A stretch of 48,900 nt of DNA from Atribacterota bacterium. GTDB taxonomy: Bacteria > Atribacterota > Phoenicimicrobiia > Phoenicimicrobiales > Stramentimicrobiaceae. A program made the position numbers and the translations under genes. The notes beneath the pieces are model-generated. The model saw nothing but the letters and a program-made list of their open reading frames with translations. It was not told the origin of the DNA and searched no databases. The DNA is taken from positions 1 through 48,900 of the forward strand of contig JAXGNR010000013.1 in the NCBI GenBank assembly GCA_040767965.1, given 5' to 3'. The stretch's first letter is position 1. The number at the start of each line of letters is the position of its first letter. Positions 29,755 to 38,802 of the stretch are shown here, in pieces.

Positions 29755-30381
29755 TTATAATCCGCCAATTATATAGGACAACACATCAAATTTACTGAGT
29801 AATACTGATGTTAATATTGTAAATATCAATACCTTTAAATATTGATATTTATTTTTGGGTAAAATGCAAAACAGTATAATGGCAGCAATCAAATAAAATC
29901 CTGAAACTGGAGAAAACGTATAAAGAAAGTTATAGCCTTCTGAAGCCAGTAATCCAATAGGAAAAGCGGCACATAATGCTGCAGGCCATCCACTTCTTCT
30001 GCTAAACCAAACTACATAACACATAAGTGGAGATAGTAATGCAATTAATCCCCAGCGAATAAAATAATATACTGGAAAGAAATTAAATAATTTCATTGAA
30101 TAAATATAGTAAGCAATTAGCATACCATCAAAAAAAGCAAAAACATGCACTGCCCCTGCTTTGGGTGTTCTGCTCCATGCAGCAATAATAGTAGCAATAA
30201 ACACCCATATTCCAATTCTTGAACTTATATTGCTAATTATATTAATCAAACTGCCAATTGCACCATTAGAAGGTATGGTGTCAACGTATTTTGCCAGGAA
30301 TCCAGAAAAGATTCCGAAAATAAAAAATAATATAATTCGGATTGCTTTTCCCTTGATATTTGGCATGACATCATTCCCCAT
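29755..30381 (-). CDS. Multi-pass membrane protein
   Basis: Several hydrophobic segments. Confidence 0.75.
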   Translation of the reverse strand: MGNDVMPNIKGKAIRIILFFIFGIFSGFLAKYVDTIPSNGAIGSLINIISNISSRIGIWVFIATIIAAWSRTPKAGAVHVFAFFDGMLIAYYIYSMKLFNFFPVYYFIRWGLIALLSPLMCYVVWFSRRSGWPAALCAAFPIGLLASEGYNFLYTFSPVSGFYLIAAIILFCILPKNKYQYLKVLIFTILTSVLLSKFDVLSYIIGGL

Positions 30382-30518
30382 TCTACTAAAAGTAATAACT
30401 TATGAATTAACATTTTGATGATATGTAAGTTTATCCATTATATGCGCTGGACAGTCAATAATATCAGCATCAACACAAAACCGTGCTACTACTTTCATCT
30501 ATATCCTCCATTTCCTAT

Positions 30519-30962
30519 TTATATTCTTGTTTTATATACCTTATCGCAGTAGTTTTTAAAAGCCAAAACATCATCATAAAATTCTGTTTTAAATACCAAA
30601 ATGCTTACTGCTGTAATAATTATGGCTGGGACAACCAAATATAAAGCACCGCCAAAAGCATCTAAAATATTTAGCATGCGCAGCAGTCCCAAAACCAAAT
30701 AGACAGGCAGTAAACCAAAGATAAAAATATAAACTCCTGAAAGTAAAAACATTGTTATTTTAAATGCTATCCTGTTGCCTTTACAGTACAAAAATATGAT
30801 AAATAGAATTATTCCGCTAATAAATGTTTTTCCCGTTAATCCTTTAATGCCGTTAGATACTAAACTTATAGCAATATCTGCAAGTAAAAGAAAAATTAAA
30901 ATAATTATACCTGTATTTACGATTTTCCTGCCCCTGTTAACCTGTTCACTGCTAAAAAGCAA
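30519..30962 (-). CDS. Membrane protein (4 TM)
   Basis: Hydrophobic segments; RBS GAGGGG before a TTG start. Confidence 0.75.
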   Translation of the reverse strand: MLFSSEQVNRGRKIVNTGIIILIFLLLADIAISLVSNGIKGLTGKTFISGIILFIIFLYCKGNRIAFKITMFLLSGVYIFIFGLLPVYLVLGLLRMLNILDAFGGALYLVVPAIIITAVSILVFKTEFYDDVLAFKNYCDKVYKTRI

Positions 30963-31057
30963 AATTATCTACCCCCTCTAATAAACTAATTGGAAAATTA
31001 CTTAACCCCATATTACCATATATAACCAATAAATCTTAAAAACTTCCAGCATTTCTA

Positions 31058-31318
31058 TTATTTGACATTTAACGATAAATAAAATGCTTTCAATTCATCC
31101 TTGATATCCTGTGATAAATAATGCCATCTTATATTTCGTATAGCACCTTCAAAGGCATACAACCTGTTTATGCAAGCACTACTATCAATAGTTCTAATCC
31201 GCAGAAATGCTTCTTTACTTCCTAATTCTATTAACTGTCCAGGCGTTTCCACTCCTGCTTTTTTTAATTGCTTTTCTAATTCTTTGCCTATATTCGGCAT
31301 ATCGCTTAATTTAATCAT
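31058..31318 (-). CDS. TfoX/Sxy C-terminal-domain protein
   Basis: LSDMPNIGKELEKQLKKAGV...LGSKEAF...LYAFEGAIRNIRW. Confidence 0.88.
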   Translation of the reverse strand: MIKLSDMPNIGKELEKQLKKAGVETPGQLIELGSKEAFLRIRTIDSSACINRLYAFEGAIRNIRWHYLSQDIKDELKAFYLSLNVK

Positions 31319-31483
31319 TTCGCCTATCTCCTTTACTGAAATGCATTTTAAACATAACTTTATATTTTATAGAAAACCTTTTTTATTGCTTATTTATAAG
31401 TTCTTTCAATTTAGTTCTTCCTTATCTTGTGGCGGCATAAAATTTTACATTGATATTAACTATTTGCATTTTCTGAATACTTA

Positions 31484-32329
31484 CTATTTGCTGTGAGCCA
31501 AAATCATGAGGAAATGAACTTTCTCATAAATATAGACTCCTATCGTTACAGATATGATGTCTGCCATAGTTCTTATGACTAAATCAGCAATATCTGATTC
31601 GAACACCAAAGTAATGAAAAAATTGAAAAGAAAAAGGTTAATTCCGAAGACTATAATGCCAAAAAATAGTGATTTCACCATCGGAGATTCTATCTTAATG
31701 CCTTGTCCAAGAAATAAATACAAAACCCCTATCCAGATACCTGATGCAACTGCCCATATCATTGTTCCTAACGGATTGGCAGTAAAAGAGGAATAAATAT
31801 GAACTATACTATAACAAAATACTCTCAGTACCAGGAAACATACAGGTATTGCCATTAACGGTACAATGTTAAGATTAATGTATACTTTCCCTGACAATTG
31901 AGAATCTACAGCAACGAATTTTCCTAACAGCAATCCTAAAAATACAAGTGATATTCCATCCACTATTGGATAAGCAAAAAGTTCGGTCAGTGATGTGCTT
32001 GAAACGTGAGGTAAAGGCTCAAATAAGTATATACACCACATCATGCAGAATAAAAAACCGAACATTAAACCTTTTTTAATCTTTGTTCCTGGTAGACGAC
32101 CCTGTATTATAACGAATACTACCGCTAATAAAAAATAGGTTATTAGTGCATAAATCGTAAAAGAGGGGATTAATAATCCTGCTTTGACGATTGCACTCGG
32201 AGGAAAAGGATTACTACCGCTTGAAGGGATAAAAGCCTGCAGTATTAATCTAAATATTGTTGCTGATAATGCTACTAAAAATAGCGTCAACCATTTTTTC
32301 TTGTTAATTTCAAAAAGCATTGATTTCAT
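31484..32329 (-). CDS. Multi-pass membrane protein
   Basis: About 8 hydrophobic segments in two similar halves; RBS GGAGG. Confidence 0.75.
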   Translation of the reverse strand: MKSMLFEINKKKWLTLFLVALSATIFRLILQAFIPSSGSNPFPPSAIVKAGLLIPSFTIYALITYFLLAVVFVIIQGRLPGTKIKKGLMFGFLFCMMWCIYLFEPLPHVSSTSLTELFAYPIVDGISLVFLGLLLGKFVAVDSQLSGKVYINLNIVPLMAIPVCFLVLRVFCYSIVHIYSSFTANPLGTMIWAVASGIWIGVLYLFLGQGIKIESPMVKSLFFGIIVFGINLFLFNFFITLVFESDIADLVIRTMADIISVTIGVYIYEKVHFLMILAHSK

Positions 32330-32408
32330 AGAGTTTGACCTCCAGTATAAATTTTAAATCTATTACGAGGTAATAACTTTTTTTCATCTTATCCATATTA
32401 AAATTATA

Positions 32409-33056
32409 TCATAGAGTTTGAAGCATCTTCCATCCGCTGCTTATAAAATAGATTGAAAATGCTGTAATAAATATACCTAACAACAAAATAATCCAGCGAT
32501 ACACTACATCACTTATCAGTTTCTTGCCTCTGGAAAATGCCGTGGGAATTGCTGAATACCATACAAAGTCGGATAAAACATGTCCGATGAAAAAGAAAAA
32601 TACACCAATTAAACCTGAAGTATAAGATTGGCGTATTGATTCCATCCCCGTTGACGCCCACCAGAGAATGAAGTAGGGATTAGTAGCGCTTACAAGTGCT
32701 CCCGCCAATACAAGATTTCTCATGCCTGCACTATTCCCTGCTCCTTGATTCTCTAAAGAAACCGACTTATTTATACTGGACTTTATCATTCCATACCCCA
32801 TCCATGCAAGAAAAGCACCACCAAATAATCCGATAAATCCTGCAACTGTCGGATTAGAGAAGAAATCTTTAAGCCCGAATGTCATGATGATAATTAATAT
32901 AAGTTTCAGGATTCCGTGTCCTAATACTGTCAAAGGTCCTGCTGTCCACCCTTTTTTAAGACTGCCGTCAATCGTGACCCCCAGCATAGGCCTAGGCATC
33001 ATTGCTCCTGAAAAGCCTATTAAAAAAGCACTAACAAAAATTCCCCACAAAACCAT
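32409..33056 (-). CDS. LysE family translocator
   Basis: GFSGAMMPRP...GPLTVLGHG...NPYFILWW...GHVLSDFVWY; the usual PGP and HGxxE residues appear altered. Confidence 0.85.
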   Translation of the reverse strand: MVLWGIFVSAFLIGFSGAMMPRPMLGVTIDGSLKKGWTAGPLTVLGHGILKLILIIIMTFGLKDFFSNPTVAGFIGLFGGAFLAWMGYGMIKSSINKSVSLENQGAGNSAGMRNLVLAGALVSATNPYFILWWASTGMESIRQSYTSGLIGVFFFFIGHVLSDFVWYSAIPTAFSRGKKLISDVVYRWIILLLGIFITAFSIYFISSGWKMLQTL

Positions 33057-33220
33057 GTTAATTAACCCCTCATATTATCAAAATACTTTACTATCAAAAT
33101 CGGCTCTATTTTTAGTATCCATGCACATAAATATAATAACAATAAATTTCAATTTAATTAATTTTTATTTTAATAAAATCTTACCGTTTATGAAAGCACT
33201 AACAGCATCATTCTCTTTAA

Positions 33221-33320
33221 AGAACTAACTTTATTCTTATAGAGCCAACTTTATTATTACAGAATCGACTTTATTATTATAGAACTAACTTTATTATCAC
33301 AGAGCATACTTTATTATTTT
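33221..33320. repeat. Five tandem 20-bp direct repeats (iteron- or centromere-like)
   Basis: agaactaactttattcttat / agagccaactttattattac / agaatcgactttattattat / agaactaactttattatcac / agagcatactttattatttt. Confidence 0.9.
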
Positions 33321-33359
33321 ATATACAGCCCCTTATTCCTTATCCTAAAAATCCATACC

Positions 33360-33461
33360 CCTAACTATGTATATTTAAAATAAACTCCGCTCCAAACGAC
33401 TTTCCCTCAAACCCTTATCCCTTCTCACCTTAACCCTATTCTCCAAATCTCTTCCAGATAA
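33360..33461 (+). repeat. Dispersed direct repeat, copy 2
   Basis: Colinear with 27210-27311. Confidence 0.85.
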
Positions 33462-33789
33462 TAATGTCCGCTCTAAAATTCAATATTTTCATTCCATTTA
33501 ATAACATTTCTTCCTTAATTCTTGTAGTAATTTTTAAAATAAAGTCGGTTCCGAATAGGGATAAGGTGCAAGGGAAAAGGTATAAGGTTGCATTTTCTCA
33601 TTCGCTTTTTCTAATGCTTTTTATCAATCCTGGTATCAATATTTAAATCAATATAGTACTCTCAATCTCTTTAAAATCAATGCCTTTAGCCGTATTCCTT
33701 AATCCTAACATACACCTTATCCCTCTCCCCCTAAAAATCAAAAATCCCGCAGCCAATCAGGATTTATCCTGCATCTACTACGGGATTTT

Positions 33790-33849
33790 GGAATGAACTT
33801 TATTTTTATAGAGCGAAGTTTATTATTACGGAGTGGAGTTTATTTGTAT
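33790..33849. repeat. Three further degenerate copies of the 20-bp repeat
   Basis: ggaatgaactttatttttat / agagcgaagtttattattac / ggagtggagtttatttgtat. Confidence 0.75.
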
Positions 33850-33917
33850 TATTCATAGTTAGGTTCATGGAGCAAGGGAGTAGATATAAAGGATTATATT
33901 GCAAAAATTCATATGTG

Positions 33918-34496
33918 TCATCTTACACTTGTTATACCTAAATATCTTTCCCAGCCATTTCTGCTAAATCTCCTCATAGCCTTTCTGTACTGGTCATCAA
34001 AAGTATCTTGAGTCGGATATGTTAGTTGGCTATTTATTCTATCAAAAATATCTTCTGCCTCACTTTGCTCAATATTACCGAAATAAACGCATAGAGTTAG
34101 AATATTTCCATGCGTTAATGTTATAAACTCATCCATCCATTTAAATTCTGTATAATTATCTGATATTATGATAGGTATTCTCAATGCATGAGCATAACCT
34201 GCGCATTCGCTTTCTCCTGGTCCTATAACTTTTCTCATCTCTTCAATTATATCTTTCGCAAGTATATTTATAGACTTATCCTTCTTTCTATCTAACACAC
34301 GAAATATGCTCCCGTCTTTATTAATAGCGTGATTTATTGTGCTGTAATACCTTCCTGCTTTCTTCTTAATTTCAAAATCATATACATATTGAGGAATAAT
34401 TATTTTTTTAAATAAATAATCCAAAACATCCAATCTATTAACCTTGGCTAAATTGATTAAAATATCAGTGTCGGAAATTGCACCTATATAGCGCAT
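33918..34496 (-). CDS. PIN-domain protein
   Basis: AISDTDILINL, IPQYVYDFE, GPGESEC and IIISDN form the acidic PIN pattern. Start moved to MRYIG. Confidence 0.75.
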   Translation of the reverse strand: MRYIGAISDTDILINLAKVNRLDVLDYLFKKIIIPQYVYDFEIKKKAGRYYSTINHAINKDGSIFRVLDRKKDKSINILAKDIIEEMRKVIGPGESECAGYAHALRIPIIISDNYTEFKWMDEFITLTHGNILTLCVYFGNIEQSEAEDIFDRINSQLTYPTQDTFDDQYRKAMRRFSRNGWERYLGITSVR

Positions 34497-34497
34497 T

Positions 34498-35307
34498 TTA
34501 ATATTCCTCTTCCTGGGGATATTCATATCCGAAATCATCAGGTGTTAACCCGATGAACTCAAAACTGCTTTTCATATTCTCATATGAAATATTCCCTCTC
34601 TCGTAATTGTTTTTCACAAACTCAATATACTCTTTAGAAATACATGTTACTTTTGAAGGAGTAATTAAGTCTGTGCTATAGCCTTCCCGTTTGGTTAAAG
34701 ATTGGAGTTTTTCTGTATTTTCTATAGAACAAATCTTAACAAGTTCCTCATATTTATCTATAGAACACAGGCTAAGTTGAATAAGCCTTTTTAACATTGC
34801 TTTATAACTTACTTTAAAATAATTGTGCATTCTTATTATATGCCGTGGTAAAACACTGTTTTTATCTACATTAATGATTTTGTAAAAAATTTCTTTTACA
34901 TAATCTTCTGGCATTAAAAATTCGGAGGCAAATACATCCGCTGCCACTTCTTCTTCCTTATATTTCTCTTTGTCTAAAATAACCTTTTCCTTTTTTAATA
35001 TATCTGGATTATATATAATATGATACAATTCATGGGCTCCTGTAAATCTTTCATGACCTAAAGTAAAATTACTGTTTAAAAATACGATGAACTGCTCCTC
35101 AAAATAAGTGCTAAACCCTGAAATCTCATTTGTTTCCATAGGTTTTCTTATTAAAAATGCAGCCTCAGCAAGAACGTCAAATATATCAGAGAGCCCTTTT
35201 TTAGCAAATTTTATTCTTACTTCTTCTGCCAAATCTTTGATTTGCAGTCTGAAGGATTCTTCTGGGAGATTCAAATTATTCTTTTGCAATATTAACACTC
35301 CTCCCAC
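34498..35307 (-). CDS. ImmA/IrrE-family metallopeptidase
   Basis: ERFTGAHELYH (HExxH), EVAADVFASEFLMP and FKVSYKAMLKRL; the true start is probably TTG 35289. Confidence 0.9.
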   Translation of the reverse strand: MGGVLILQKNNLNLPEESFRLQIKDLAEEVRIKFAKKGLSDIFDVLAEAAFLIRKPMETNEISGFSTYFEEQFIVFLNSNFTLGHERFTGAHELYHIIYNPDILKKEKVILDKEKYKEEEVAADVFASEFLMPEDYVKEIFYKIINVDKNSVLPRHIIRMHNYFKVSYKAMLKRLIQLSLCSIDKYEELVKICSIENTEKLQSLTKREGYSTDLITPSKVTCISKEYIEFVKNNYERGNISYENMKSSFEFIGLTPDDFGYEYPQEEEY

Positions 35308-35681
35308 AGTGGCTTTCTCTTTTGTGGTTTAAACTCTCCATCGTATATTTTCTTTTGGTAAATGAACATCTTTATTATATCCTGGAGTTTCTCAACTTCT
35401 TTAACGGTTTTTTCCGAAAAATTTTTCTTCCTGAATAGTGTAACTAAATCGTCGTCTTCTTCATCTTCAAAAAGAATGTTTATATCTATATTCAGAACTT
35501 TGCATATGGCATTTAACTCCACAGCCGATACAGTCCTGTTGCCGTTTTCTATTTTGCTCAATGTTTCCCTGCTCATGTTAATCCCCTTTTCAGCAAGTCT
35601 TTCTACTGCCTCAATCTGGCTTAATCTCCTTGCCTCTCTAATAGCCTTTATTTTTAATCCAATAGGAATATCCTTTGACAT
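35292..35681 (-). CDS. XRE-family HTH regulator
   Basis: GLKIKAIREARRLSQ...SRETLSKIENGNR. Confidence 0.9.
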   Translation of the reverse strand: MSKDIPIGLKIKAIREARRLSQIEAVERLAEKGINMSRETLSKIENGNRTVSAVELNAICKVLNIDINILFEDEEDDDLVTLFRKKNFSEKTVKEVEKLQDIIKMFIYQKKIYDGEFKPQKRKPLWEEC

Positions 35682-35879
35682 CTTTAATCCCTCCTTTTTG
35701 TAATATTATATTACACCAACATTGGTTTTGTGTCAATATTTTATGCATTTATGTAATATTTTATTACCTTTGTATAAAGTTATACTTAATTCGTTAAATA
35801 AAATTTTTGCACTGATTTTTTGATTTTCTATGAACTCACCTATATAATACCCGAAAATCTCTTGCGAGGAGTGGTTATA

Positions 35880-36176
35880 ATGATAAACTTAGAAGTTTTT
35901 AGGCTGGAACTGAATTACCTGAAGCAAGTTGTAAAGGGTATATTAGGGGATAAGGTTTCAGGGGAAATAGGCGAAGCAATTGAGGCCTTAACCCTTTATT
36001 TTCTTAACCCTGCTACCTATAATTCCTTGTCCCTATCTAACATCCAAACAATTGAACAGTATTTAAAACAAACTCAGCAAAAATTAATACCTTATGAATA
36101 TAAACAAATGCTTAACAACATCCCTACAATAAGGAATTTTATAGAAAAAGTAAAATTTGAAATGCCTAAATGCTAA
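35880..36176 (+). CDS. Hypothetical protein
   Basis: RBS GAGGAG before MINLEVF; followed by a hairpin terminator. Confidence 0.65.
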   Translation: MINLEVFRLELNYLKQVVKGILGDKVSGEIGEAIEALTLYFLNPATYNSLSLSNIQTIEQYLKQTQQKLIPYEYKQMLNNIPTIRNFIEKVKFEMPKC

Positions 36177-36179
36177 TAC

Positions 36180-36224
36180 AATAAGGCTTTGTAGGATATA
36201 TTGTCCTATCCCCAAAGCCTTATT
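36180..36224. terminator. Hairpin between convergent genes
   Basis: aataaggctttg...caaagccttatt inverted repeat. Confidence 0.65.
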
Positions 36225-36248
36225 CCTTTATCCTAATTTTCCTTATCC

Positions 36249-36515
36249 TCAATCACCTTGTTCCCTTATAAACTGAAATAAGTCTGAATTATCCATTTCC
36301 CTAAAATCATCGGCTTTTATAATATTTGTTAGTACTATCGAGTTATTGTTTTTACTCATTTCACCGACTAGAGTAAACCTAAAATCTTTATCATAGGCAA
36401 TTACAAAATCCTGGTCTTTTTCTATTTTAATCGTTTCTAGTTGTTTTATAATGTTTTCTCTACTTAATTCATATTCATCAATGAGAGTATCACATTCAAT
36501 TAAAACCTTATTCAT
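36249..36515 (-). CDS. Hypothetical protein (88 aa)
   Basis: RBS AGGGG; acidic protein. Confidence 0.65.
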   Translation of the reverse strand: MNKVLIECDTLIDEYELSRENIIKQLETIKIEKDQDFVIAYDKDFRFTLVGEMSKNNNSIVLTNIIKADDFREMDNSDLFQFIREQGD

Positions 36516-36653
36516 ACCGTCATATCCCCTTTTTCATATATCACTTACTATATTATATGAACTTACTATCTCTAAATCAAATCTGAATAAATCCTTGCAA
36601 TTTCCTTTGACACTATACTTGTTCCTTATTCCTATTACTCCTTAACATACTTA

Positions 36654-37385
36654 TTAATCGGCTGCAATATCAAACTTCCCGTCCTTATACTGATACACTT
36701 TATCTGAAATCCTATTCGGGTCTGTATCTATTGTCATTAATGACTTTAATATCGAAATATATTCAGGACGAAATTTGGCTATGATAAGTGTAGTTGAAGA
36801 GGGAATTGCAAAAAGATATTCCCGCCCTATCTTTTTGCATATCTGATTCTGTAGTGCAGTACTTAACAACAGGGTCGAGTTATAATCTGTTGTAAATTTC
36901 AAAGTATATATTTCCAGCACCTTGTCTAATTTAACTAAGGGATTTCTCATTTTATTTAAATTTTCCCATGCTGCTTTTTTCACCATATCAAAATTCACAT
37001 CATCGGTTTTTAATACAAATCTAAAAACTTCTCCTGCATCTGTAACATAAAGTGTATCTAAATCGGCAAAGGCTTCCTCTCTATAAAAATCTAAATCTTT
37101 TTCTCCTTTCCCAAACATCCTACTCTTTAGCATCGGGTAAACATTGGTATAGTCAATTTTGAATTTATATTGGTTCAAAATGTCACTAATAATTCTAATA
37201 TATGATGTTAAAGTTTTTCCATAATCCTTAATTTCCTGATATTCCCTATAAATACTACTAACAGGTATAGACACACTGTTTGGTTCCGACTCTACGACAA
37301 CATACTTTCCCTCCAACCTGGCTTTAGGAAATGTTTTATTTAAATCCAAAATTATTTTACTCGAAAAATTAGCAAAACTAAGCAT
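36654..37385 (-). CDS. DUF1444-like protein
   Basis: VYPMLK, LYVTD, AAWENL, YNSTLLL, LFAIPS and ISDKVYQYKDGKF pattern; RBS GAGGAGG. Confidence 0.6.
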   Translation of the reverse strand: MLSFANFSSKIILDLNKTFPKARLEGKYVVVESEPNSVSIPVSSIYREYQEIKDYGKTLTSYIRIISDILNQYKFKIDYTNVYPMLKSRMFGKGEKDLDFYREEAFADLDTLYVTDAGEVFRFVLKTDDVNFDMVKKAAWENLNKMRNPLVKLDKVLEIYTLKFTTDYNSTLLLSTALQNQICKKIGREYLFAIPSSTTLIIAKFRPEYISILKSLMTIDTDPNRISDKVYQYKDGKFDIAAD

Positions 37386-37638
37386 TGTCTACCTCCTCAA
37401 TACTCTATAAAATATGAAAAGAGCATACTCCCTCTTACGTTTCCTCCAGCATATACTGGCCGTATAAGAGAATATGCTCTCAATCTGTATACTTATATTT
37501 TACGTTATACTATTAGTAAGCACAATATATATTTTTGATTAAATATTGCCTTGTATCCCCTTTTACCCTTTACTCCTTAAATCTTATTCCTTATGAACTT
37601 GATTCAAGACCAAGGTTCTATTATTATATTATAAATGC

Positions 37639-38151
37639 TTATTGCCTATCATCAATAAGTCCTAAATACGGTAAAATAACCTTCCACTGGTCTAACTTAT
37701 CTTTGAATCGTATGGCTTTTGCTGGGCTGGTAGACGGCAGTCTATAAAATAATAAGCCTTCTTTAAGATTCATTTTCCCTATTACCAATTTTCTAAATAA
37801 TTCCTCTGCTTTACTTCCATTAAAAAATACTGCTTTTATATCAGTATACTGATTGAAAAAAGTTTCAAAATCATTAGGAACAGGGTTAATTATTTTGGAA
37901 TCACTGCTCCCTTCTCTATCACAACTTTTCAACACATCCCAAATAGCAATGTGGTGGTTCAATAAGAATATCTTCCTATTTTCATAATATTCTTCAACGT
38001 CTTTATTAAAAAGCCCGTATATTATCTTCCAGAACTGATTTTGCTTATTTCCATAATATTGCTGATTTTCAAGAGACTTTACACTGGGCATAGTCCCCAT
38101 GACTAGTATTTTGCAGTTTTTATCAATAATTGGTTCAAAAGATGTAATCAT
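37639..38151 (-). CDS. DNA-deoxyinosine (hypoxanthine) glycosylase, UDG superfamily
   Basis: ILVMGTMPSVKSL...YYGNKQNQFW...IAIWDVL...GSSDSKI...FFNGSKA...LPSTSPA. Confidence 0.88.
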   Translation of the reverse strand: MITSFEPIIDKNCKILVMGTMPSVKSLENQQYYGNKQNQFWKIIYGLFNKDVEEYYENRKIFLLNHHIAIWDVLKSCDREGSSDSKIINPVPNDFETFFNQYTDIKAVFFNGSKAEELFRKLVIGKMNLKEGLLFYRLPSTSPAKAIRFKDKLDQWKVILPYLGLIDDRQ

Positions 38152-38178
38152 TTTCTTCCCTCAAATCGAATATCATAT

Positions 38179-38760
38179 CTACTCTGTAGGTTCTATAATC
38201 TCTAACTTAAAGTTCCATCCTTCACAAGACATCATCATCCTACCGAATTCTTCTAGGCTGTATTCCTGACCGTCTATGATAAATTTGGGTGTTCTGTCAT
38301 CATATCTATCATCCCATTCAATACGTCCTTCTACTATATTACCTTTAAAAGAGATAAGTTCATGTCCTTGAAATACTTCTCTTTTTATGAACTTTTGTGA
38401 TAATCCTTTTCTTATCTTTTTATAAAGCCTTTTTAAGGCATCATTTGAATCTTCTTCAAAATCCTGATGTACCTCAAAGGAATACCCTACTTTATCTACC
38501 CCAATAAACTCTACTGCCTCCCAGCAAATACCTGTTGGATGAATTTTCTTTCTTATTTGAAAGCAGTGTTCTATTCCATCGCAGTCTGTAAAAGTTGCTT
38601 CTTTTTCATAATCTTTATAATCTTCAACTCCAAGTATATCTGCCATGTATCTATTGTAGCAGTCTTCACATATAGACTGGGACGGCTCATCTTCTTTTAT
38701 AGTTAGAACTACCATGCCATAACCACTGGAGTTTTTACCACACCATTGACACCTATACAT
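38179..38760 (-). CDS. Conserved hypothetical protein with an N-terminal C4 zinc finger
   Basis: CQWC...CEDC; C-terminal GRIEWD...IIDGQEYSLEEFGRMM..EGWNFKLEI. Confidence 0.75.
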   Translation of the reverse strand: MYRCQWCGKNSSGYGMVVLTIKEDEPSQSICEDCYNRYMADILGVEDYKDYEKEATFTDCDGIEHCFQIRKKIHPTGICWEAVEFIGVDKVGYSFEVHQDFEEDSNDALKRLYKKIRKGLSQKFIKREVFQGHELISFKGNIVEGRIEWDDRYDDRTPKFIIDGQEYSLEEFGRMMMSCEGWNFKLEIIEPTE

Positions 38761-38802
38761 ACAAATTCTCTCCTTAAAATCACCTTGAATTAACCTTGAT
38801 TC

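Noticed and set aside
33221-33320. CRISPR array
   Set aside because: The units are contiguous 20-mers with no spacers, and there are no cas genes.
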